In this document: piece by piece, positions 56,304 through 64,000 of the stretch | How the letters are laid out: every line of letters begins with the position of its first letter | Position numbering within the stretch: the stretch's first letter is position 1 | DNA from: a virus | Taxonomy: Duplodnaviria; Caudoviricetes | Virus record (IMG/VR): IMGVR_UViG_3300028186_000155 | Direction: 5' to 3' (one strand) | DNA: 64,000 nucleotides | The notes under the pieces: model-generated | The model's input: the letters and a program-made list of their open reading frames with translations, nothing else | Told to the model about the DNA's origin: nothing | Database searches by the model: none | Program-made: the position numbers and the translations under genes

Positions 56304-56567
56304 ATGGAAACAATTAAAAAATGGGGCAAATGGATTATTGGTGGACTGATGTTCGTGGTTGCTTTGGCATCCGTGATATTCGCCCGCCGTCCAAAACCAG
56401 AACCCATCACCGACACTTACAAGGGCGACCGACTTGAAGAGCAAGTAACACTGGCTCCGATAGAGGAACAGCATAAACAAATTGCGGAAACTTTGAAGCC
56501 GCAACCACCTACGGTTTCGAAGGATATGCAAAGCGCGATTAACGCGTGGAAAACAGCGGGAGATTAG
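56304..56567 (+). CDS. Type II membrane protein, i-spanin candidate
   Basis: KKWGKW followed by one TM helix and a short Pro-containing helical domain; lysis context. Confidence 0.5.
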   Translation: METIKKWGKWIIGGLMFVVALASVIFARRPKPEPITDTYKGDRLEEQVTLAPIEEQHKQIAETLKPQPPTVSKDMQSAINAWKTAGD

Positions 56568-56569
56568 CC

Positions 56570-57070
56570 GTGGAATTCCTGATCAAAAGCATCGAAAAGG
56601 TAATCGAAGTTCCCCTCGAAGACGCACTGGGGTATTTCTTCTGCACGCTGTGTGGCGTGCTTATCAGCTGGATTTACAAGTGCCGCCGTGAAGGCATCAA
56701 AGTGGGCAGCTACTGGCTGGAAAACGTCGGTGCTTCCATCGGCGTGATCAGCGGTGCAATTGCTGCATTTTTGCTGACCATCATCACCGAGCCGGGTGTG
56801 GGGAAAATCACCTATCTGGCAATCGGTATGGCCGCAGATTCCATGCTGAACAAACCGCCGCTGCCTCTCGCAGTGCGCACAGCAATGGAAAAGATTGAGG
56901 CCGCACAAAATGAAATGGGTTCTGGTGGTCCTAGCATTATTGTTCCTCCCGGCGTGCGGAAGCGTGACGACACAACCGCAGCCGTCGAACATGCAACTGA
57001 AAAAGTTGGAAAAAATTACGTTGCAGGCGTCCCTACCGGAAAGGCCGATTCCGACGCCGTTGGTGGTTGA
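56570..57070 (+). CDS. Holin-like multi-TM protein
   Basis: GTG 56570; two to three hydrophobic segments, charged tail. Confidence 0.55.
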   Translation: MEFLIKSIEKVIEVPLEDALGYFFCTLCGVLISWIYKCRREGIKVGSYWLENVGASIGVISGAIAAFLLTIITEPGVGKITYLAIGMAADSMLNKPPLPLAVRTAMEKIEAAQNEMGSGGPSIIVPPGVRKRDDTTAAVEHATEKVGKNYVAGVPTGKADSDAVGG

Positions 57071-57359
57071 CGGAAAAGATTGGGCTGGGTTTTCTGTGAC
57101 CCAGCTTGATCAGCTTAGCGATTATGCAAAACAGGCCTCGGCAAACACCAAAGGCCTGAACCTGCTGACCCAAGCGCATAACCAGACAATTGAACAATAT
57201 AATTTGATGGTAGATATTGCGAAACAGCAGGAAGCCCGCGCCAACGAGTATCAAGCCCGTTACGTGCAGGAATTTGAGGATCACCAAAGCGATAGGCGTT
57301 GGTGGCAGATTGAAAAAATCTTTTGGCAGACGTTGGCCATTGTTGGCCTAGCGCTGTAG
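56910..57359 (+). CDS. Lipoprotein spanin candidate
   Basis: SD GAGG; MKWVLVVLALLFLPA-C lipobox; coiled coil; hydrophobic C-terminus. Confidence 0.7.
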   Translation: MKWVLVVLALLFLPACGSVTTQPQPSNMQLKKLEKITLQASLPERPIPTPLVVDGKDWAGFSVTQLDQLSDYAKQASANTKGLNLLTQAHNQTIEQYNLMVDIAKQQEARANEYQARYVQEFEDHQSDRRWWQIEKIFWQTLAIVGLAL

Positions 57360-57371
57360 AGGGGAAGGGCA

Positions 57372-57815
57372 ATGCGGATTAGCGAACATTTTACCGATCT
57401 TGACGTAGGCTTCGACCTGCTGGCGCAGAAATCGAAGATCGACAACACACCGCCACGTGCCGCACTTCTGGCAGCGGAAAAGGTTGCAGAAAATATTCTG
57501 GAACCCTTGCGTGAACAGTTCGATTTTCGTATTGTTAGCTGGTATCGAAGCGCGGCCCTAGAACGGGAATATTGCAAGGGCAGTTATTACGACTGGCTGC
57601 GCGAAGCCGGGTTGCCGTTCAACGAAACCAATTGGGCACGTTATCTGGCGGACAAGCAGCACATTTTGGGCTGCGCTGTGTCGCTGATTTCCAACCAAAG
57701 CACAGCCGTTTTCGAATGGCTGCAAACCCAAACTTTCGACGTATTGCAGATGCGCGGCAATTACATCCACGTGTCGTGGGTCGAAGGTGCTAACCGTAAG
57801 ATCGTACTTAGCTAA
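57372..57815 (+). CDS. Peptidase M15A-like endolysin homologue, possibly degenerate
   Basis: ISEHFT, IDNTP, ILEPLRE.F, SWYRS..L, QH..G.A, YIHVS. Confidence 0.75.
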   Translation: MRISEHFTDLDVGFDLLAQKSKIDNTPPRAALLAAEKVAENILEPLREQFDFRIVSWYRSAALEREYCKGSYYDWLREAGLPFNETNWARYLADKQHILGCAVSLISNQSTAVFEWLQTQTFDVLQMRGNYIHVSWVEGANRKIVLS

Positions 57816-57825
57816 GGAAAAAATC

Positions 57826-58035
57826 ATGGCCGACAAAAATCACTGGTTCCACAGCAAATCCCCAGCTGCCCAAAAAGCCTACATCGCCGCGCACCCGAAC
57901 AGCGTCTACGCCAAGCAGGCCAAGCACGCACGCGGTGACGCCCAGCGTGAGCGTAGCGCCAAGGCCCGCCGTGCTGCACACAATGCACGCATGTCCGGGC
58001 GTAAAATCGCTAAGGCCCTGAACAATCCTGAATAA
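57826..58035 (+). CDS. Small basic Ala/Arg/Lys-rich protein
   Basis: ATG 57826 after AAGGA; WF..KS...QKAYI..HPNS.YA. Confidence 0.7.
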   Translation: MADKNHWFHSKSPAAQKAYIAAHPNSVYAKQAKHARGDAQRERSAKARRAAHNARMSGRKIAKALNNPE

Positions 58036-58040
58036 CAGGC

Positions 58041-58086
58041 ACAAAAAAGCCCCCGGTCCATTGCGGATACGGGGGCTTTTTCGTTT
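58041..58086. terminator. Bidirectional intrinsic terminator
   Basis: AAAAAGCCCCCG/CGGGGGCTTTTT between convergent genes. Confidence 0.9.
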
Positions 58087-58091
58087 ACTGG

Positions 58092-58664
58092 TTAATCAAC
58101 CCATTTGTTTCGCAACATCACAGCCAGCGATTCAGCCGTGTGATTATGTGCCGTCATGTAGGCCAACAATTTGTCGATGTTGAAACCTTTTTGCTCGCAC
58201 AAGCAATGCACCAGTGCATGGCTGCCTTGTTCCAGATATTGCAGGAACACATCATCGACCTTTTCGTCCGTACCTTCACCCGGAGCCATGAATTGTTGGC
58301 GGCGAGTCAGTTCCGAAGCTGGCAAGTATGGACGGTGAATGGCCTTGAGCAACGACATGTAGAAACGGTCGAGTTTTCCCCACATCATCAGTTCTTTATC
58401 GAGGTACACATAGGTCGGGAAAAACGACGTGATTTCCATCGCGTCAATTTTCTTGATCATGGGGCCGGTGTAAACCATGATTTGACGGCTGTTGAAAAAC
58501 TGCGCGTCATTGCCTTCACCCACATGGATACGGGCGAACGGCTCGCCAACGCACGCATGTGCAAAGCGCTGTGATCCGCTCTCGGTATAAGCTGGCCACA
58601 GTTGCAGCATGCCGTCGTTATTCAGGATGCGGTTCAACTGTTCACGACTTACAATCAATGCCAT
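58092..58664 (-). CDS. Hypothetical protein
   Basis: SD GAGGA. Confidence 0.7.
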   Translation of the reverse strand: MALIVSREQLNRILNNDGMLQLWPAYTESGSQRFAHACVGEPFARIHVGEGNDAQFFNSRQIMVYTGPMIKKIDAMEITSFFPTYVYLDKELMMWGKLDRFYMSLLKAIHRPYLPASELTRRQQFMAPGEGTDEKVDDVFLQYLEQGSHALVHCLCEQKGFNIDKLLAYMTAHNHTAESLAVMLRNKWVD

Positions 58665-58673
58665 TTCTGTTCC

Positions 58674-58997
58674 TCAAAATCCCAAAAGGTTTGGTGTTTC
58701 AGATTCGACTGGTTTAGGTTTGATCAGCCGCTGTTTTTTCATGTAGCGCAGCACGTCTTCTGGATCGGGCGCCACTATTTCCACCAGCCTGCAATCTTTC
58801 ATATCGGCGGGCAACATTATCATGGTCATGCTGCCTTCACGACAAACGTATTTGACCGGGTTGCGTTGGTTGTTGAAACCAGAATCGTAGCACTGCACCC
58901 AGCGGGGTTTATCCAACGCTTCGGGGTCGGCCTTATACACCCAATAGCGTTTGCCCGGTTCACCCTTCAGCGGGTGTATAAGATCGACCTTTGCCAT
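58674..58997 (-). CDS. Hypothetical protein
   Basis: Operon packing. Confidence 0.65.
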   Translation of the reverse strand: MAKVDLIHPLKGEPGKRYWVYKADPEALDKPRWVQCYDSGFNNQRNPVKYVCREGSMTMIMLPADMKDCRLVEIVAPDPEDVLRYMKKQRLIKPKPVESETPNLLGF

Positions 58998-59000
58998 AGC

Positions 59001-59276
59001 TTAAACGAGCCTCAGACGGGGTTTAGGGGTGCAGGTGACGACCACCATGGGCACAGGGCTATCTAGCTCTGTATACGGCTCTACGGTGGCCACAAGGCCT
59101 AGCCGCGCAGCCATGGGGCCGACTACCGGCGCGCACGTCGCCTGTACGATCCACGGGCCTAGACCATCGACCAGCATATCCGCGTACATCAGGCCAAGTT
59201 CAAAGCCCGAGCGCTGTTCATTGCTGGTGATCAGGTTTAGAAAATCCAACGGATCATTATCGATTTCATTGTCCAT
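59001..59276 (-). CDS. Hypothetical protein
   Basis: Start MDNEID by TGATG coupling. Confidence 0.6.
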   Translation of the reverse strand: MDNEIDNDPLDFLNLITSNEQRSGFELGLMYADMLVDGLGPWIVQATCAPVVGPMAARLGLVATVEPYTELDSPVPMVVVTCTPKPRLRLV

Positions 59277-59959
59277 CAATCGTCGTCGCTCAGGGTCTTC
59301 ATGAGGGCCTTCCATTCGCGGAATTTCTTCATGAGTTTTTCGTCCGCTTTTTTCTCTTCCTCAAGCGCCAGCGCCAAGTCTTCAACTTTGGACGCGATGG
59401 TTTTCAGGCGAGTGGCCAAATCGGTGCCGAGGTCCATCAGTTCAGTTGCTACGCCGGACAGCAGTTCGAGGGTGTTGTCGGATTTTGCGGACATTTCAGT
59501 TTCCTTAACAGCGGACACAGGTTCGGTTTTTACAGCAGTAGTCACAACGGGTGCCACGACTTTCGGAGGGCCAGAACGATCCAGATTAATTTCTGGAATT
59601 TCCGGCTCTGGATCAGGATTGTCGAGTTTTTCTTTCAGCACCTTCCAAGCGGTAAGGTCGCCAAGCCGTGGGTTTTTCAATTCCTCTTCCTCCGCCGGTT
59701 CGCGCAGTTCGCGCACTTTCAACGGCACGCGCAAAAACGAATGGCGCGAAACCTCTTTGATCAAACCACGATCTTTCAGGCCGCCCAGTGCACCACGCAC
59801 CCTTTTGTAATCCGATTGGCTTTTGCCACCAACCAGCAGATGCCGGTGAATTTGTTCGGCGGTCCATGGATCTTGGATTGGCACCTGATCAAACACTTTT
59901 TGTTCCAGCGAATTACACCCGTTTAACAGGATGCGCTGCTTTTCCCGTGTAATGGACAT
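59276..59959 (-). CDS. Winged-helix DNA-binding protein with C-terminal coiled coil
   Basis: EQKVF......WTA.QI...V.GAL..LKD.GLIKE wHTH pattern; linker; heptads. Confidence 0.6.
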   Translation of the reverse strand: MSITREKQRILLNGCNSLEQKVFDQVPIQDPWTAEQIHRHLLVGGKSQSDYKRVRGALGGLKDRGLIKEVSRHSFLRVPLKVRELREPAEEEELKNPRLGDLTAWKVLKEKLDNPDPEPEIPEINLDRSGPPKVVAPVVTTAVKTEPVSAVKETEMSAKSDNTLELLSGVATELMDLGTDLATRLKTIASKVEDLALALEEEKKADEKLMKKFREWKALMKTLSDDD

Positions 59960-59975
59960 GGTACAGCCTTGCTCC

Positions 59976-60650
59976 TTATTCCCTGTTGTATGTAGGGAGG
60001 TATTTACAGTCTTCCTCGGATACGTCCATGATCAGTGCAAAGAACGCTCGCGATACAGGCACGCCCATGCGCACGTAATCGATCAGACCGCTAGGCCATT
60101 TCCAGCCTTTGTATTCGTATTCGCCATTACCGCGATTTACTTTAGTCAACCGGCACAGGCTGCAACCACGATAGCGCTTTTCCTGCGCCAGTGTGTCTTC
60201 AACGTCGGCCAGACGATTGATAAATTCCTGCACGTCAAATTCAGGAATGTTCCAAACGACGGGCCACGGGTAATTCTCGCCTTCGCGGGCGGCGCGGTTT
60301 AGCATGTTGATACCGGCACCCACGAAGGTTGGAACGTCTTCGTGCTGGCGCCAATAACCTTCAACCTTTTCAGGGAATTTCGAATCGCCGTTTGCGTGTT
60401 GGAACGCACGGCACTGGGCGAACACGTCGATTTTCTTCTGTTTGGAAATATCCGGCGCTTCGATCAGCACGAAATCGCAACCGGCGTGATCTTCCTCGCA
60501 CACTTCGAAAATTCCGTCATATCCGGTGTACGTGAGTTGGCAAGGATAAATTCCATCGCACACGCGCACCACATCCTTTTCACCTTTTTGGTTGAACAGC
60601 CAGTAGTAGCCGGGATTCCCTTTCAGTTCATACCACTTGAGAATTTTCAC
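59976..60650 (-). CDS. Hypothetical two-domain protein
   Basis: C-terminal YRG.S.CR.....G..EY....W.WP.GL..Y module. Confidence 0.65.
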   Translation of the reverse strand: MKILKWYELKGNPGYYWLFNQKGEKDVVRVCDGIYPCQLTYTGYDGIFEVCEEDHAGCDFVLIEAPDISKQKKIDVFAQCRAFQHANGDSKFPEKVEGYWRQHEDVPTFVGAGINMLNRAAREGENYPWPVVWNIPEFDVQEFINRLADVEDTLAQEKRYRGCSLCRLTKVNRGNGEYEYKGWKWPSGLIDYVRMGVPVSRAFFALIMDVSEEDCKYLPTYNRE

Positions 60651-60997
60651 TGGATCAATTCCCGCTCGGTGGTCTTAATCGAATCTTTGCAGATTGCGAA
60701 ATGCGCCATATTCAACACAGCCTGCACCTTCGAAGCTTGTTCCCCCAGCACGCCGGGTGCAGCGGGGCTGGATACCTTGAACTTGCCGTCGTCCAGATAC
60801 ATGCGCACGCTGGCCAGAATTTCGTGGTCTTCTTTGCGCACAATGATGATACCGACGAATTTCTGATCCTTGCCGTCTTTATCCTGAATCGATCCACGGT
60901 TGAACTGGCCAGCACACTCGACCGGGAAAGACTGGTCAGCCAGCTTGATGATCTTTTCCAGAATTTCCTGATAACGCTCTTCGTTAGGATGTATCAT
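60647..60997 (-). CDS. Hypothetical protein
   Basis: Start MIHPNE by ATGA overlap, SD GAGG. Confidence 0.65.
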   Translation of the reverse strand: MIHPNEERYQEILEKIIKLADQSFPVECAGQFNRGSIQDKDGKDQKFVGIIIVRKEDHEILASVRMYLDDGKFKVSSPAAPGVLGEQASKVQAVLNMAHFAICKDSIKTTERELIQ

Positions 60998-61323
60998 TGT
61001 ACCCTCATTATCAGTCGTTTGATTGTCTGCGCGTGGCACCGTTTGGGCCAGCAATGACAGCGCAGCAACAGATTGATTCCTTGCCTATGCATTTTGCGAT
61101 ATTTCTGCACCCGGCTCCAATACTTGCCTTTCTTACGCATTTGCTCTTCGGCCCATGCGTCGTACAGGTCACAGCTTTTTGTGCGTGATCCGGTTTCGCT
61201 GATCGGAAATTTGTTGCCGAAAATAGTTTGCCGATCAACCCTAACATCAAACCAGCCGTCGCGGGGGCCGTCACTAACCTTGCCGATCATGACAAGGCCA
61301 GTGCTTGGAAATAACCCGGCCAT
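60994..61323 (-). CDS. DUF4326-like protein
   Basis: VDR.T.FGN.F, Y..W, L.CHC.P..CHA..I signature. Confidence 0.75.
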   Translation of the reverse strand: MAGLFPSTGLVMIGKVSDGPRDGWFDVRVDRQTIFGNKFPISETGSRTKSCDLYDAWAEEQMRKKGKYWSRVQKYRKMHRQGINLLLRCHCWPKRCHAQTIKRLIMRVQ

Positions 61324-62081
61324 TAGTGGTACACGTCGAATTCCGCGAACGTGTATTCCGTGCGCCCCAACAGCTGGTCGTAAACCTCACAATCAGGCAG
61401 GTAATCCAGATGATCATCCGATTTTTCATGCACACGATTTACCGCAAATTGACGTATGCGCGTTTCCACATTCGGCTCTTTGAAAATCGAAGCCAATTCC
61501 CTGCGGTTGTGGCAAGTGTTGGACAGGTGCAGCACGCCGTCTTTTTCACCACAGCGAACGGCGTAGGTTCCCGGCTTCATGCGGCTGCTAACCGGGCCAA
61601 AGAATGCCCGCACGCTGGTGCCACAATCGGGCAGCTGACCAATTCGCACACAGTCATTGCCGCGATAATCGGTAGTCACGGTAGCCAGCACCAGATCGAC
61701 GCCCGGCGCGCTTACGCGGTAGCCCGGCAAATGGTTGGTGATGCATGACGTGTAAACCAGCTGCATTTTCGCGTGAGTTTTGAATTCTTCCAGTGCACGA
61801 TTGGCGTAATTTTCATACGACGACCAATCGGCAACAATGCGGTCCAGCGTGTGACTGATACGCTCAAGCGCATCAGCCAACTCTTCGGTTTCCGGTTGCA
61901 CAACATCGGAATAGCTGTGCACCACGAACACGCTGAAACCGCCCAAGAATTTTTCTTTGAGGAAAACCGTCATCATTGGATGCTTGAGCGTGTGGCTCAA
62001 CACATCTTCCTGCACGAATTTATGATCCGAATTAGGACCAAAAAGACGTTCGACTCTCGCCATAAATTCTTGAGCGTTCAT
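61323..62081 (-). CDS. Hypothetical protein (MNAQEF family)
   Basis: Start at 62081 just after the upstream stop. Confidence 0.65.
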   Translation of the reverse strand: MNAQEFMARVERLFGPNSDHKFVQEDVLSHTLKHPMMTVFLKEKFLGGFSVFVVHSYSDVVQPETEELADALERISHTLDRIVADWSSYENYANRALEEFKTHAKMQLVYTSCITNHLPGYRVSAPGVDLVLATVTTDYRGNDCVRIGQLPDCGTSVRAFFGPVSSRMKPGTYAVRCGEKDGVLHLSNTCHNRRELASIFKEPNVETRIRQFAVNRVHEKSDDHLDYLPDCEVYDQLLGRTEYTFAEFDVYH

Positions 62082-62085
62082 GTGA

Positions 62086-62802
62086 TTACCCGCGCTTGGA
62101 CGGAACGAATTTGATACCGTTTTCGGTACGTTCGAACTGGCCGCTGGTGAACAGGATGCCGGTGCCGAGGCGCCACATGGATTGCACTTCGCCTTCAACT
62201 ACTTCGGTGATTGGGCGAGTGTCGATATCCGACCATTTTTCAACCTGCTGGAATTTCTTGCCCTGCCACAGCGAGAAACCATCGTGAGCCACGCGCAGCA
62301 TGCACACGTCGGGGAATTCGCGCAGAACGAAATCGCAGAACGGATACGCTTTTTCATAGGACGGACGGCGGATCACTTCGTGGCGGAAAGCGTTGGTCGG
62401 CACGGTGGCCAGCAGTTCCTCGGCCATTACCACGGCGCCACGATGCCAGACGTTGGCGGTCGCTGCACGCTTGGCCATGATGGTCAGGAAGTTTTCGTCT
62501 TGACCTACGCGGAAATAGTTCACGCAATCCGAATATTTCTCGGCGCCCGAACGGTAGCTCACATGCAGGTGCTGTTGCGCAGGGTTAACGGTGATGGTCA
62601 CGGCGCCCAGTCGGCCAGTGTTACGGAACGACCAGCAGAACGGGTGTTTCAGCTGCGATTCTTTTTCAAACTTTTCGGTGACGGTGTATGCGTCACGGGT
62701 CTGGATCAGTTCGGCAACTTTCATCAGGAAATCAGCGAGGCTGAAATCCGGGGCGCCGATGCACTTGAAAACGTCCATTGCTTGTTGTGCTGCTTGGGTC
62801 AT
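62086..62802 (-). CDS. Hypothetical protein
   Basis: SD AAGGA. Confidence 0.7.
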   Translation of the reverse strand: MTQAAQQAMDVFKCIGAPDFSLADFLMKVAELIQTRDAYTVTEKFEKESQLKHPFCWSFRNTGRLGAVTITVNPAQQHLHVSYRSGAEKYSDCVNYFRVGQDENFLTIMAKRAATANVWHRGAVVMAEELLATVPTNAFRHEVIRRPSYEKAYPFCDFVLREFPDVCMLRVAHDGFSLWQGKKFQQVEKWSDIDTRPITEVVEGEVQSMWRLGTGILFTSGQFERTENGIKFVPSKRG

Positions 62803-62846
62803 GGTAGTTCCTTAGTCTTGCGATTGGATGGGTAGAACAGGTGTTG

Positions 62847-63185
62847 CTAGTGGATGTTTACAGTTTTCTCGCGGCCCGTGGTCGGCTCTGGAATGGCACC
62901 AGCATCATACAGGCCGTTGATAAAGCCCACGATGTACGACTTGCACATTTGTGACATGTTGTCAGGCGCTGCTGTGATCACATATTCGCCGTTATCCTGC
63001 ATGTGCAGCCGCAATTCCAGATCGGTACAGTTGTGCGAATACAGAACCAAATCTGCGCTTTTCCATCCGGGTTTCCCTTTGTGCTGTTCGCAGCTGGTGC
63101 GCGGGCTGAACATAACGTCGGGGCAGTCGTCGCGCAGCCCTTTCATGATCGCGGTGATTACGTCAATTGGGGACATTACACTCAT
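62847..63185 (-). CDS. Hypothetical protein
   Basis: ATGA overlap. Confidence 0.6.
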   Translation of the reverse strand: MSVMSPIDVITAIMKGLRDDCPDVMFSPRTSCEQHKGKPGWKSADLVLYSHNCTDLELRLHMQDNGEYVITAAPDNMSQMCKSYIVGFINGLYDAGAIPEPTTGREKTVNIH

Positions 63186-63871
63186 ACGGTTGTTTCCATG
63201 ATTTCGATGTATGGATTTTCACCACCTGCTGGTTCAACGTAGCGCGCATTGGTCACGAACAAATCTGCACGACGCGGAACGTATTTGCTGCGCATAGTAT
63301 TTTTGTCGGTGATCGGCACCATCATCATTTCATCGACGCTTCCAGCTTTGTTCAGTCCACGGCGATACTCTGGCGGATTAAAGCCGTTGGCTTCGAGCGC
63401 TTTGTTAGAAGGTTCGTAGTTGATGTAATCTCCATAGATTTCAAACAATGCAATCTCGGAATTTGCCAACACCACTTTTACCGCTGGGCGTGCACCGTTG
63501 TGGCGTTTGTACTCAACCGCGCATTTGCGAATCTTTTCGAGTTCTGCAATGTGCTGCTCGATCTTTTCCAGATCGGTGCTGTGACGGCGAGCCTGAATCT
63601 GTGTCGCGAATTCCATCTGCTCGAAAACATCGGTGAAATCTTGGGATGGCCCGGCAGACCGTGCCGCCAAGTGGCGGGGTCTTAACTCCAGCACATGCCC
63701 GCGTACCGCGTATTCTACGCGGTCATAATGCCCTGTCGGGCCGAAAACTGTAGGGACCAAATGTACGAGGCCCAAATGGCTACGCACCTGCATATATTCA
63801 GAATCATCTTCGAAGTGGAAGGCTTGACCAAACAGTGCTTCACACTTCTTTTTGAAATCTTGGAAATTCAT
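63182..63871 (-). CDS. Hypothetical protein (MNFQDF family)
   Basis: ATG 63871 after AAGGA. Confidence 0.65.
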   Translation of the reverse strand: MNFQDFKKKCEALFGQAFHFEDDSEYMQVRSHLGLVHLVPTVFGPTGHYDRVEYAVRGHVLELRPRHLAARSAGPSQDFTDVFEQMEFATQIQARRHSTDLEKIEQHIAELEKIRKCAVEYKRHNGARPAVKVVLANSEIALFEIYGDYINYEPSNKALEANGFNPPEYRRGLNKAGSVDEMMMVPITDKNTMRSKYVPRRADLFVTNARYVEPAGGENPYIEIMETTV

Positions 63872-63891
63872 GGTGCAAAAATCCTTTTCGA

Positions 63892-63999
63892 TTAGCCGTG
63901 GTGAATGAGGTAGCCGCTGGTTGGACCCAAAATGGTTTTCAGGAAAATTTCCATGGTGGTCCACAGTTCTTGGCTGCCTGCATTTTCGAGGTGTTCGAC
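63892..63999 (-). CDS. 3' end of a gene entering from beyond the window
   Basis: Open frame VEHLENAGSQELW...LIHHG-stop. Confidence 0.45.
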   Translation of the reverse strand, partial: VEHLENAGSQELWTTMEIFLKTILGPTSGYLIHHG

Positions 64000-64000
64000 C

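Overview
This window looks like part of a large (jumbo-type) myophage genome. Two plus-strand, probably late blocks (1-12373, 19974-58035) alternate with two minus-strand early/middle blocks (12429-19889, 58092-64000), and related long bidirectional terminators sit at both convergent junctions. Recognisable genes include a type IB topoisomerase (partial), a GNAT, two ADP-ribosyltransferase-like proteins, DHFR, thymidylate synthase, a PAAR spike tip, gp25- and gp6/J-like baseplate proteins, a large set of fibre proteins (collagen, Ig-like, PA14, Calx-beta, lectin-like) and a lysis-like module. The main observation is that at least nine mostly unrelated proteins in 709-10766 start with the same 8-residue leader, M-[EK]-[MTV]-x-[LIV]-[AS]-[LV]-A. 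It is conserved as protein rather than as DNA and is attached to enzymes (GNAT, two ART-like proteins, two large paralogues) and to basic proteins. I infer a capsid-targeting/protease-cleavage tag that defines a packaged, co-injected effector set. Other observations: four collagen paralogues with a Cys in exactly the 10th Gly-X-Y triplet, Calx-beta domains with different lectin-like domains inserted in the same loop, a TAATTTAA candidate late promoter, and an insulated sigma70-driven A-A'-B-B' early cassette. All assignments come from motif recognition by eye; no searches were run. I saw no tRNA, rRNA, CRISPR array or IS element.
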